DNA of 64,000 nt from Eledone cirrhosa (lineage: Eukaryota). This document shows positions 1 through 12,858 of the stretch, piece after piece. The stretch is from positions 282,410,001 to 282,474,000 of the forward strand of contig OZ024742.1 of assembly GCA_964016885.1 (NCBI GenBank). The letters run 5' to 3'. The notes under the pieces are model-generated. The model worked only from the letters and a program-made list of their open reading frames with translations, searched no databases and was not told the origin of the DNA. Positions within the stretch are counted from its first letter, which is position 1, and each line of letters opens with the position of its first letter. Made by a program: the position numbers and the translations under genes.

Positions 1-66
1 TACATATACATACATACTAACAAACACACATACATACATACATACATACATACATACATACATACA

Positions 67-102
<36 letters not shown>

Positions 103-289
103 CACACATATATACATACATATATATACATCGACAGAGAATAAACTTATGGAGTTCATAATAGCGAGTCTGGTCATTATAGCAGAGAGAGAACTCGAAC
201 CAGTGAACCAAGGATAACAAATTAACGATTTACAAACGGTCATTTGCACGTGAATTATGTGCTGAGAGTAACTGGGGAAATTAATGTAT

Positions 290-373
290 TGGTGTTGTTG
301 TTGGTGGTGGTGGTGGTGCTGGTGGTGGTGGTGGTGGTGGCGGTGGTGGTGGCGGTGGTGGTGGTGGTGATGG

Positions 374-404
<31 letters not shown>

Positions 405-1180
405 GGTTGTGGTGGTGGTGGCGGTGGTGCTGGTGGTGGTGGTGGCGGTGGTGGTGGTGGTGCTGGTGGTGGTGGTGCTCGTGGTGGTGGTGGTGGTGGC
501 GGTGGTGGTGGTGGTGGTGGTGATCGTGAGGGTGGTGGTGGTGGTGGTGGTGCTGGTGGTTGTGGTGGTGGTGGCGGTGGTGGTGGTGGTGCTGGTGCTG
601 GTGCTGGTGGTGCTCGTGGTGGTGGTGGTGGTGGTGGTGATTGCGGTGGTGGTGGTTGTGGTTTTGGTGATGGTGGTGGAGGTAGTGGTGGTGATGGTGG
701 TGGTGGTGGTGGTGGTGGTGGTGACGGCGACAGTTGTGGTGGTGGTTATGGTGGTGGCGGTGGTGGTGGTGGCGGCGGTGACAGTTGTGGTGGTGATGGT
801 GGTGGTGGTGGTGGTGTGCTGTTGTTGTTGTTGTTGTTGGTAGTGGTGGTGGTAGAGTGGGGTGGTGAGGTGTCTGATGTTGCTGATGGTGGTGTGCTGG
901 TGGTCTTGGTGTTATTGTTGTTATTGTTGTTGTTGTTGTTGTTAGTGGTGGTGGTGGCGGTGGTGGTGGTGGCGGTGGTGGTGGTGGCGGTGGTGATGGT
1001 GGTTGTCGTGGTTGTGGAGATGAAGTTGTTTTGATGGTTTTTTTGCGGCAGCGGTGCTGGTGGTGGTGGTGGTGGTGGTGGCGGTGGTGGTGGTGGTGTT
1101 GGTGTTGATGGTGGTAGAGCAGACGATTCTGTTGTTGATAATGTTGTTCTTGTTACAGTTACTGTTGTTGTTGTTGTATT
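290..1180. repeat. Degenerate (GGT)n/(GTT)n trinucleotide tract
   Basis: Continuous GGT/GTT repeats; explains the poly-Val ORFs 244..843 and 816..1034. Confidence 0.95.
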
Positions 1181-1633
1181 GGGTGTTACGGTGAGGGATG
1201 GGTGGAGGAAGGTCGTAATGCCATTATTGGTCGTGTTCTGTGTGAGAGAGAGGTTGTGTGTATGGCTGAGTGCGTGGGGTGTACAGACAGAGAATGTAGA
1301 AAGTTAGAAAGAAAGGGTGGATGATTGCTGAAAGAAGTCTTAATGCAGAGAAGGACATGCACTCACAAACACACACACATTTATACATACATACATACAT
1401 ACATACGATACTAAGCATATATACATGCACACATACAACTCAAAACATACACATCCACACATACAATAACATCCATATCTACACATGCATGCAGACATGC
1501 ATATATATCTACCTAGTTGATGTGTAAATTCCAATGAGAGAGACTTGTTTCTATGTTAGAAACCGACTCTCTCTCTCTATTGGTAAAAATTTGTGAAATT
1601 ATAAAACCAGAATAACATACATACATACATACA

Positions 1634-2146
1634 TGGTGGCTGCCAACTCGTTTTCGAGTACGACCACTACTTTATATCCATGTAGGAGAACCCCTACCGA
1701 TGCGCTGAACGAGTGTGACCTTTTAGTCCAGCCAGCGACTTGAAAACTCTGGTACAAACACTACACCTGTGACAATTATTGACACATAGTGCTGGGCCCA
1801 TGGTACCATGTGACGACAAGTGCAGAGAGATCTCCAGATATAAAGCAATGCCTGTGCCGAGAAGCTTTTATAGTGAGCACAACCACTGCACAAAGCCAGC
1901 CCCACTCTCTTAAACAAGATGATATTTACCAAAGAGAAGGACAAGTCAACATCATTGGATACCATCAGGGTTGCAGGTGTTATATCAGAGTTTTCCTTCT
2001 CCTAGAATTCTTCCTTGACAAAGGCTAAGGGGTCATCTCTCCCGGTGATTTTGGATGGCCATTGACTCTTAAGAGCTCCTTTGCCCTTTGACAGGTTTTG
2101 TTTTTAGTCCTGTAGGATGTCCAAAGTCACCCTCCTCACCAAGAAA
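1634..2146 (-). mobile_element. Non-autonomous RTE-derived retroelement, 5'-truncated copy
   Basis: Near-identical reverse complement of about 58205-58717; its 3' ~170 nt match the 3' end of the RTE fragment at 5421-5590; flanked by (TACA)n. Confidence 0.75.
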
Positions 2147-2214
2147 CTATACATACATACGGAGAAACATACATACATACATACATACATACATACATAC
2201 ATAAATACATACAT

Positions 2215-2430
2215 ACGGAGTTTGCAGATCCAGTATCGAAGATATACTTTCAGCTTCATACCTATCATTATTGGAGCCACAGGTTATAACCAACCCGCTT
2301 GGACCAAAGTATAACTGAACTTGGATTCATGGACAAAGAGCGCAGCTCCCTAATTCATAGACTACAAATGGCCGTGATATCTGGCACCTTCATAATTTGC
2401 AACACATTCGTGCAATTTAAGGGATGACGA
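2215..2430 (+). mobile_element. 3' fragment of an REL-endonuclease LINE (R4/NeSL-like)
   Basis: Translates as LQIQYRRYTFSFIPIIIGATGY and, after a frameshift, ...LQMAVISGTFIICNTF; the PIIIGAxG motif is typical of the C-terminus of REL LINEs. Confidence 0.5.
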
Positions 2431-2532
2431 TTTCTTTTTTTATTTTTACAACCTTTGTCACCAGGAAGGTGGCCGGTCAAAAATGTACTCGGAATTAAGA
2501 GAAAGAGAGACATACATACGTGCATATATAGA

Positions 2533-2936
2533 TGATGGCTGCAACTCGATTTCGAGTAATGCCATCGCTTGATACTTAAGCATGAGCATCACAAACTTGG
2601 CTTTTTAGTCCTGCTATGGGCCTGCCTATGGCCAGCAATGTCATGCATCGCAAAAAATTATCACATATTAAGCGTTGCCTGTGATTGAAGCTTTTTTTTA
2701 GTTAGAAAATTCTTTGCATGGTGCCAATCCCACTCTCTGTACATCAAATGCATTTGCCCAAAAAGAAGAACTGGTCTACATCTTTGGATGTAAACGAAGT
2801 CGCCGGTTTTATATCAGAGTGACCTTCTCGTAGAGAGATGTCTTAATGAAGACTAGGAGTCTCTCGCACAGGTTGTACTGGGTTACATGTTACCCAGTAC
2901 AAAGTACAAAGAGCGACCAGTGAAGAGCGATCTGAC
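2533..2936 (-). mobile_element. Diverged relative of the non-autonomous RTE-derived element
   Basis: Shares the 3' motif ctcgaaatcgagttgcagccatc and the 5' hairpin tactgggtaacatgtaacccagtacaacctgt with 58103-58717. Confidence 0.55.
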
Positions 2937-3113
2937 ATACATAAATTCAAACATACATGTATATATATGTGTGTGTGTGTGTGTGTTGTTATACTTTGGG
3001 AGGGTCAGGCTGCCAATTAAAACATACGCACCTCTTGGTTTTCACTTCCATTTATTATAAGTATCCGGCTGGTTGGTTGGTTGGTTCGATAACCGGATGG
3101 TTGTTCATATATT

Positions 3114-3156
3114 GTCAAAGCTCTTTCGTCACACATTCTGTGACCTCTTCAGTGAC
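3114..3156 (-). ncRNA. Type I hammerhead ribozyme (minimal)
   Basis: Minus strand: gtca CTGAAGA g GTCACA gaatg TGTGAC GAAA gagc TT tgac; stems I and II pair perfectly. Confidence 0.75.
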
Positions 3157-3205
3157 TAAGTTTTTATTTTGTGTCTCTCATTTGTCCTGTCCTACACCAT
3201 CCTGG

Positions 3206-3239
<34 letters not shown>

Positions 3240-3268
3240 TACATATATATTCATACACACACACACAC

Positions 3269-3318
<50 letters not shown>

Positions 3319-3750
3319 ATGTGTGTGTTTGGAATAAGGAAATGCAAAGAAGTTTAGAAGATAGAGTCCTTTATTGATAAGGCCGTGATACGACAGTGAC
3401 CACACGATCTCGCGTAGTATCCAGTGCCATGAACTTATCAGACGTCTTCTTGCATAATAAGGTTATAATCAAGGAGGTAATCCAAAATTGAAGGGACCAG
3501 GGAACGGACAAACAACGATGTTCATGAAGCGAATGCCCGTTCCCCTGTCAGAAGCTGTCTGATGAGATCATGGCACTGGGTGCTACGCATGCGCATGACC
3601 ACAGTCGTCATCAAAATATGCATCTTGGCCTTATCAATGAGCACGTTATCATCTAAACGACTTTGTATTTGCTTAATCGAAATCGCTCCGTCATTCCTAT
3701 GTGGAAAATGCACGTTGAGTTCTCGAATTGAATCACATCAATATTTTACC

Positions 3751-3809
<59 letters not shown>

Positions 3810-3863
3810 TAAAAATTAATAAAAACAATGAAATAAAAACAAAGAACAAGTTCCTTATATTCA

Positions 3864-3987
3864 TCATTTTACGATCGTTTCTAGGATGTATATGTGTGTT
3901 GGTAGGTATATCGTATAGATCTATGTAAAAATATTACAAATTATCAGAGGAAATATACATACCTTCACATATACATGCTGTCTTCAG

Positions 3988-3991
<4 letters not shown>
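3864..3991 (-). ncRNA. Hammerhead ribozyme with long stem II (same family as 41241/41377)
   Basis: attt CTGAAGA ...~100-nt hairpin... GAAA CGATCG TA aaat; palindromic stem III. Confidence 0.65.
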
Positions 3992-4046
<55 letters not shown>

Positions 4047-4367
4047 TAATGTTGACATATAGTTTATTTTATACGGTAAAACCTATATTATTGAACATAT
4101 TGTTAATTATCTACATGGGAAAAAGAGGATCCTATTTATTTTCTGAGTAGCTCAAATTTCTTGCTAAAGCATGCAAATGACGATGTATATTGGAAGCATA
4201 GTAGCTGGCTTCTAAAAGAAGCAAAAATTGCGCGAAGACAAAATTTAAAAAAATTATCTTCATAGAGGTAATCAATTATGCACCCTATGCCTCCATGCTA
4301 CGATATATGTTTCTGCACGCACATACACACACATACTCACACATATATGTGTATATATAGATATATA

Positions 4368-4412
<45 letters not shown>

Positions 4413-4415
4413 ATG

Positions 4416-4472
<57 letters not shown>

Positions 4473-4497
4473 ATATATACATACATATATATATATG

Positions 4498-4561
<64 letters not shown>

Positions 4562-4713
4562 GGTGTGTATATATATACATATATATGTATATATATGTAT
4601 ATATATATATATATATTGATAAATAAGTATGTATATGCGCATTTGCTTGGGTGTGTGTATTATTATGTATGTATATATATATATATGCATATGTATATCT
4701 ATATCTGTATCTG

Positions 4714-4789
<76 letters not shown>

Positions 4790-5339
4790 CACATACATAC
4801 ATATATATAGAAACATACATACGTATACATATACATAAATTTATATATGTATGTGTGTGTGAAAGTATGTACGTTTTTATGTATAGACATATGTACATAT
4901 ATATATATATATATATAATCATGAATGTATGTATGTGTACGTGAGTATTATACCAGAATATATTACTCGCCTTGTTCTAAAACAATTTGTGCATGATGTG
5001 GGTGGCCAGATATGACCTGGAGTGGTGACACAACATGCTACTCTAATTATTTCGCCAAGAGAGAACAAGTTAATCCAATTTCATCTGCACTGTGGTGTGT
5101 TACATAATTTTACTCCTACACTTATTGCCAAAAGAAAGACTCACCGGTAATAGGAGTGTCTCTCTACGGTTGGCACATCAGCTTTGACTGCTTGCGAGGT
5201 TTCATATTAATTATTCGAGTAATTGAAGCGGATAAGCTCTCTTTAGGCTTACACTCCTCATATATGTATTGAGTATATCATTAATTTGTAGCATCCCATA
5301 TATATATATATATATATATTTATTAAAATAACAGATTAA

Positions 5340-5386
5340 TGTTTAAGCAAAGAATTGCTGCTTTCGCCCTTAACGGGATCTTCTGA

Positions 5387-5390
<4 letters not shown>
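5340..5390 (-). ncRNA. Hammerhead-like motif, U4A core variant (PLE terminal fragment)
   Basis: tgttt CAGAAGA tccc gttaa gggc GAAA gca...tgc TT aaaca; same family as 17160 and 17965; lies between (TA)n tracts. Confidence 0.5.
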
Positions 5391-5420
<30 letters not shown>

Positions 5421-5422
<2 letters not shown>

Positions 5423-6040
5423 TGGCTGCTAACTCGTTTTCTAGTACGGCCACTACTTTATATCCATGTAGGAGAACCCCTACCGATGCGCTGAACGAGT
5501 GTGGCTTTTTAGTCCAGCCAGCGACTTGAAAACTCTGGTACAAACACTATACTTGTGACAATTATTGAGACCTAGTGCTGGGCCCATGGCACCATGTGAC
5601 CCAAGGTGTCGTGTGAGATCACTACTCGACCTGCATACCCTTCCACAAACATCACATGTCGTCGTCTGATGAACACTTATAGCTCCACAGGTGCCTGCTT
5701 CCCTTTTCTTGTGCACTCTCAGGTGACTCTTTAGACCTGCCATGCTCAGACAAACCCTATTACAGGTCTCACATGTAAGGTGAGGCCGTCTGTCAGAGCC
5801 TTTCGGGAAGGCCAACATGGATTCCTTTCTGGACATCTCTTTTTAGTGTCGCGTGCCTTCTTCTTGTTTGCTGAAATAGACTCTTGCCACTAGCCACTGC
5901 TTTCCTCCAATGCGATCGGTCGCTAGCGCATGCTTCCCAGTGCTCACAAGGGATGTTACTTTTGTTAAGCGCCCCCTTGATGCAGTCCTTAAAACGCATC
6001 TTGGGTTTGCTCGCGTTCCTTTTTCGCATTTGAGCTCGCC
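5421..6040 (-). mobile_element. RTE-clade LINE 3' end with C-terminal C2H2 zinc fingers
   Basis: KPKMRFKDCIK...WEACASDRSHWRKAV (RTE C-terminal motif) followed, after a frameshift, by CETCNRVCLSMAGLKSHLRVH, CDVCGRVCRSSSDLTRHLGSH and a third degenerate finger; short 3' UTR. Confidence 0.8.
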
Positions 6041-6159
6041 ATATATGTATACGTACATATATATATGTACACAGACTTACACTAGTATGTATATTCATAC
6101 ATACAGGCACACATATATATATATATACGAATGGGTTTACCGAACATTTATTATAATTA

Positions 6160-6219
<60 letters not shown>

Positions 6220-6298
6220 AAAAGTAAACAGAAATAACAACACAATCTAAATATATTAGCAATATATTAGGTTATCGCTTGAAATAACAGAAAGAGGG

Positions 6299-6334
6299 TC
6301 TTAACATTTCGCACGCTAGTCCTTCATCAGAAGA
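6299..6334 (-). ncRNA. Minimal hammerhead ribozyme, slightly degenerate (family shared with 42398)
   Basis: tctt CTGATGA a GGAC tagc GTGC GAAA tg TT aaga. Confidence 0.5.
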
Positions 6335-7283
6335 AAGAATGAGAAATAAGATAGATTGAAGGGATGGGCGGGGTGGAATTGGAAAAAAAGTCTTTAGATA
6401 GAAATAACAGGTCCATTCATGTTGACATCTCTTTGCAGTGGAAACCAGTTAGACCATCACTCACCAGAGTACTCGATACTTGGGGTAGTAGAGTGGATAA
6501 TATGAATAAATTCGGGAGAGCGACAGCTGAGCACCTTACGAGGTCGATAAAATAAAGCACCAGTAAGTAGTTAATCGACTTTACTCTCCCCGTTGAAATT
6601 GCTGTCCTTGTTCTAAAGTAGAAACAATTATTTATCTCTAGTTTTATTGTTTCGACAGGAAATTCTAGACTCTCTAATATATTTATACTGTACAATCCCC
6701 TGCTGAATGAATGGTCTTACTAGTTTAAAACTGGTAATCCTCATCTATGTATATATGTATATGCGTTTATGAGTGTATGTGTGTATGCGTGTGCGTAAGT
6801 GTGTGTCTATGCGTGCGTTTCTTAAAGATGTCACCAGTACAGAATTTGAAAAAATTTGTTTTCATTCCATTTTGTCACTTGGATGATAACAACAGAGGCG
6901 TCAGTTTTGTATAATTTTGTATTACCTTCAACAGCCTCTTTTCATAGTTTAGTTAATCTCATTGTTTTTCGTTCCCTGTGTGAGTCTGATGTTATATGCA
7001 CACGTGTGTACTTGTCTCTTTGTTCCCTCTCCGTGTTGATGGTTGCTGATGGTTTCTTTTCCTTCTTCTTTTGTGGTGTTAACGACATCCTGTCGAAGAA
7101 AAATGTTTACAGTTATATGTTATGGTGAATTTTAAAGGCAATTTGTTGGATTATTTTCTTGTTTCGTTCGTAAAAAAAATTACACACTCTATTATAGCAA
7201 ACATTTGTTGGTCTTTTTCAACTCTTACCGCATGTTTATATTTAAGTTTTTTAAAATTCATACATAGCTTGCCATTATTATTA

Positions 7284-8335
7284 GGCGGTGGATTGGCAGT
7301 ATCGTTAGAGGGTCGGGCGCCATGCTTTGAAGCATAGAGTTACCTCCCTTTATCATCTGAGTTCAAATCCCGCCGAGGTTAACTTTGCCTTTCATCCTTA
7401 CGGGGTCGATAAAATAAAGTACCAGTAATGTACTGGGTTATTGCTGGCCTTGTGCCAAAAGTAGAAACAATTATTAGGCTGTATCGGTAGAGTGTCAGAT
7501 AACATGCTTTGCAGCATAGAATTATGGCCTTTTACGTTCTGAGTTCAAATCATCTTTACGGGGTCGATAAAATAAAGTACCAGTAATGCACTGGGGTAAT
7601 TGCTGGCCTTGTGCCAAAAGTAGAAACAATTATTATTGTTGTTGTTAGGGCGGTGGATTGACAGAATCGGTAGAGCGTCGAACAACATGCTTCGCAGCAT
7701 AGAGTTACGGCCCTTTACGTTCTGAGTTCAAATCCTGCTGAATTTAGCTTTGCCTTTCATCCTTACTGGGTTGATAAAATAAAGTACCAGTAACTGGGGT
7801 CGATTTAATCGACTTTCCCCCCCGTCACTTCAAATTGCTGGCTTTGTGCTTAACTAGAAACAATTATTGCTGTGGTTAGAATGGTGGGTTGGCAGTATCG
7901 TTCGAACACGGATAAACGCTCTTTACGTTCTGAGTTCAAACCCCACCGAAGTTAGCATTGACTTTCATCCTTATGGGGTCGATGAAATAAACTACCAGTA
8001 ATGCACTGGGGTCGATTTAATCGACTTTACCCGCTACAGAAACCGAACACTAATAGTTACAAAGCGAACTTCATAACCACTCAGTCATACCTGTGTCTAA
8101 ATTAGAAACTGTTATTGTTGCTGTCAGGATGGTTTGTTGGAAGAATCGTCAGACCACCGGATAAAAATCTATGCGACATTTGTTTTGGCTCTTTACGTGC
8201 TGAGTTCAAATCCCACCTAGATCAACTTAACCTTTCATCCTTCTATGGTCAATTATAAAATAGCAGTCAAGAATTGTGGTCCGTTTAATCGAATTTCTTT
8301 TCTTCAGAATTCCTAGATTTGGGCCTAAATAAGGA
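7284..8335 (+). mobile_element. Tandem cluster of about 5-6 tRNA-derived SINE units
   Basis: Repeated unit with A-box-like tggcagtatcggtag, B-box gagttcaaatcc, core aactttgcctttcatcc..ggggtcgataaaataaagtaccag and tail gtagaaacaattatt. Confidence 0.85.
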
Positions 8336-8584
8336 ACTGCTTTTTATGATATTGTTTAGGCCCAGACGACCTGGAAACCTATGAGTAATGTTATACTAAA
8401 ATGTCTTTAAATTAAAGATAGCCAGATGTAGTAGTTGTTATTGTTGTTGTTGCTGTTTAGTCCCTGGTTATCTTTGTATCAGGAGACTTTTTTTAATTTT
8501 TAGACATTTCTTCTCGGAACACATTATACAATACGACATTTTCTAACTAATTTGTTATACATTTTGGTGTAATGGACAAACTTT

Positions 8585-9372
8585 TTCTAGTTTAAGCACA
8601 AGGGTACAAATTTATTGAAGAGGGATTTAGTTAACGAAATCGATCTCAGTATTTCATTGTTATTTGTATTACTCAACACTGGACTAATGATGAAAGGCAA
8701 ACTTGGATACGGCGAGATTTGAAATCGAAACGTAAAGAGCTGGAACAAATAATAGCTTCTTATATAGGCACAAGGCCAGCAATTTTGGGGGAGGGGAAAG
8801 TCGATTAAATCGACACCAGTGCATTACTGGTAGTTTATTTCATCGACCTCGTAAGGATGAAAGGCAAAATTAACCTCGGCGGGATTTGAATGCAGATCAT
8901 AAAGAGCCGTAACTCTATGCTGCAAAGCATAGCGTCCGACCCTCTACTGATACTGCCAATCCACCGCCAGCTGGAACAAATAATGATTTCTTATATAGGC
9001 ACAAGGCCAGCAATTTTGGGGGAGGGAAAAGTCGATTAAATCGACCCCAGGTGCTTTATTTTATCGACCCCGTAAGGATGAAAGGCAAAGTTAACCTCAG
9101 CGGGATGTGAACTCAGATCATAAAGGGCCGTAACTCTATGATGCAAAGCATGGTGTCTGACAATACTGCCAATCCACCGCCAGCTGAAACAAATAATTGT
9201 TTCTATTTTAGGCACAAAGCCAGCAATTACTGGTACTTTATTTTATCGACCCCGTAAGAATGAAAGGCAAAGTTATCCTCGGCGGGATTTGAACTCAGAA
9301 TGGCAAGGGCGGTAATTCTATGCGTCAAAGCATGGCATCCGACCCTCTACCGATACTGCCAATCCACCGCCC
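8585..9372 (-). mobile_element. Tandem cluster of about 4 units of the same tRNA-derived SINE, opposite orientation
   Basis: Reverse-complement units (ggatgaaaggcaaagttaacctcggcgggatttgaactcag...ctgccaatccaccgcc). Confidence 0.85.
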
Positions 9373-10849
9373 TAAGCTCGAACAAATAATGCAAGGTGTT
9401 TTGTCTAACATTTAAAGATTCTGCTAATCCACGGCCTTAATATTAGGGTTATAATAAAATTCTGCCAATAAAGATCATTGAAACAGAATTAAATGGGTTC
9501 GTGTCATGAGGAGCAAAGAGATTATGAGTTCTTTTTTTTTTTTTTCGATCATTCTTTCAAAAAATGAAAATATTTTACTTATTGACTTTACCAGGACTCC
9601 CTTCCAAATTTCATTCCTTTTCTCGGCGAATTTTTTTTTTTATTTCACCCGTAGTCCGTTCTGGTGGTGAAACGAAAATTTGATACGTCAAGAAATGAAA
9701 TAGGAAGGAATGAACCTAAGTTGTTTTCGACAATAGGTGTTCCTGTTATGCAATCAAAACAAACAGTCGTCTCATGAAATTGACGTGTAATTGACTGTGG
9801 ATTCAACTGACACATCATTTTCCCTTAATGTAATTTTCAGGGAGATTCAGCATGACATCGTCTGACGGGCTTCTAAGCAGTTTCCGTCTAATCAATTCCA
9901 CTTACAAACTTCGACACGAAGTTATGTTAAATGACACTTGCCCAAGATGCTACACAGAGAGGTCATTAAAGATAGAAAAAGTGAAGATAACATTTGTTGC
10001 GTGCTTTTAATGGCTGAAATATCTCTTCCTTGGTGTAATTGCTTTTTAACCACTAATAATTCCAATATTTTGTCACAATAACTTTCCTTTATTTCCACAT
10101 GTCATTTGCAGTTTTTCTCCCAAAATGCCTTCTAATTATTTACACTAATCTCGTTAAATTTTTGGAAACACAAGTATCTTCCAATTTTGGTACAACTTCT
10201 TCATATATTGTTTTCCTCACAATTTAAGCTAATTTTACTTTAAATGAACGATGGTAAAAAGCTTTTTAACATCGTCCATTTCAAATAAAACTATCTTAAA
10301 ATATAACGTGGATAATGCCGAAGGAAACAAATGAATTCATACATGTATCTATATCTATATTAGTCAACGCCTTAGAAATGTTAATTGTATAGTTATAATT
10401 CGTATCTCAATTTGTAAATAAAGCTTAACATTTGTAAGGAAATGGCATTACTATATAACAGAGAACTGGTTCTCATATATTATTGGTATTAATTTTACAG
10501 AGTCAAAATGTAAGTATTAGTAACATCAAAAGGCAAGGAGTAGTAAAATATTGACAAAAAGCTTGTAAATCAGGCGTAAAGTAGCTCTCATAAGATTGTA
10601 ACGCGTGTTTCAGAACGAACGAGAGGGGAAAAAAACAATGTTTTACGTGTGTGCTTCACACATACACATACATACAAGCACAAACACACACACACGCGCA
10701 CATCTATCACTCTCTCTCCTCTCTCCTCTTTCTCTCTCTCTCTCTCCTCTCTCTCTCTCCATATATATATATATATATACAGAGAGAAAGATGTGATATA
10801 TATGTGTGTATGTGTGTATATGTGTGTGTGTATGTGTGTGTGTGTGTGT

Positions 10850-10951
<102 letters not shown>

Positions 10952-12357
10952 CTGTGTGCGTGTGTACATCAAAGTTGTAAGGTCCGAACCTAAATCAATA
11001 AACATGGATTTTACATTTAATATATATTAGGCCCTTTATTGAAGAGCAGTCTTCTTGATCTTTTGATCATCTGATCAAGAATACCGCGCACACACACATC
11101 TATAAATACACACACACACGCGCGCATACACAGAAATATATATATATATATATATATACACATACACAGACATACATAATTATTTTATACATATATATAT
11201 ATACATATGTATACATGCATACATACATGGATACATACATACATATATACATATATACATACATAGATACATACATAAATACATACATACATACATATAT
11301 ACACGCAAACACATAGACATTCGTTTGTGTGTGAGAGTGAATGTGTGAGTGTGCTTCTGTATGAGAGAGAAATTATGTGTACGTACTTCTACCTGGCTAG
11401 ACAAATTAAACGTTCAATAGACATGCCATTTTCTATTTTACTCTCTTTAACCTCAATCATACCTTTACATTACCCCCCTCCCCTCCCGACACATCATATG
11501 TCCCACTTACCTGCCGCCTACAACACTTCCAAATATCTCCACCTTATTATCTATGCCACCATCGCCGCCGCCTATCACTAAATTCTTCCTGTCCTTTCCT
11601 TCATTAAAACGTTGCACTTGTTCACCTTACACTAACGATACTGAATATCCCAAGATTAATCATAGATTTACTCCGTCCACTACTGGTAATCCCTTCTTCC
11701 TGCCTGTGGTGTAGACTCAAAGTAGTATAGGCATGGTCCGCATTTGGGGTTATTAATTGCCTATACATGTAAGGGCAGAGCAGATTTAATATATAGTATA
11801 TTGGAATATAAAATAGCGGAAATGCTTTTGCAGTCCTATCCGCAGGACCCAGCCCCATCATCGCAGCACCCTAGGCCCAAAGACCTCCTCCCCTTCCCTC
11901 TCCCTATTTTTCTGTGACATTAGAGCTCTCTGTTTTTTTTTTATATTTTCTTATTTTACATTCCATTGTTTTTTTTCTTTTGTATATTTTTCTTTCATAT
12001 ATGTATTATAATATAATTTCATATAATTTCATGTATTTAATATGTAATATGATATATTGAAGGAAAGGTGCCAATCATCAGATCGGACGAAGGACACCTA
12101 GACTCCATTGATCTTCTCATTGGTGATACAATCTGCCGGACGAAACTTCTGGCAAAATATGATATAACACACAAATATACTGCCTCGTTAGAACGTCAGA
12201 TAAAATACTTTGCGTTAATAGTTCCGTCTATCTGCATCCTCAGTTCAAATCCCGCTGAGGTCAACTTTAGTGGGGTCGATATATAAAGTACCAGTGTAGT
12301 ACTAGGGTCGATTTTTCCTCTATATCTCTTCCTCACTACTTCTCGCATTCTCTCTCG

Positions 12358-12440
<83 letters not shown>

Positions 12441-12444
<4 letters not shown>

Positions 12445-12814
12445 AAAGAATAGAGGTGTAACACACAAGTTATTATATATTGGTAAACGGAATAGAAAAT
12501 GCTGACAAATTGTTCACAGTTGAAAAATGGTTTAATTAGGAATAAAAGAGTATTAGTGATTGTATGGGTTAGTATTCGGTTGTGGTTTTAAGTTTTTAAG
12601 TTTTTACCGGTTGCGCATTTTTCAACTGTGAACAGCACGGACACTCTATCTCAAAATTATTTTTGAAAAGCATTTAGAAATGCGCAACCGGTAAAAACTT
12701 AAAAACTTAAAACCACAACCGAATACTAACCCATACAATCACTAATACTCTTTTATTCCTAATTAAACCATTTTTCAACTGTGAACAATTTGTCAGCATT
12801 TTCTATTCCGTTTA

Positions 12815-12822
<8 letters not shown>
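12441..12822. mobile_element. Fold-back insertion in (TA)n with an HHR-like motif on the + arm (12660-12697)
   Basis: About 145-bp inverted arms (about 12476-12620 / 12678-12822); ttt TTGAAAA GCATTT ag AAATGC GCAA CCGG TA aaa. Confidence 0.7.

Positions 12823-12851
<29 letters not shown>

Positions 12852-12858
<7 letters not shown>

Noticed and set aside
244-1034. Poly-Val/Leu ORFs resembling membrane proteins
   Set aside because: Translation of a (GGT)n/(GTT)n microsatellite
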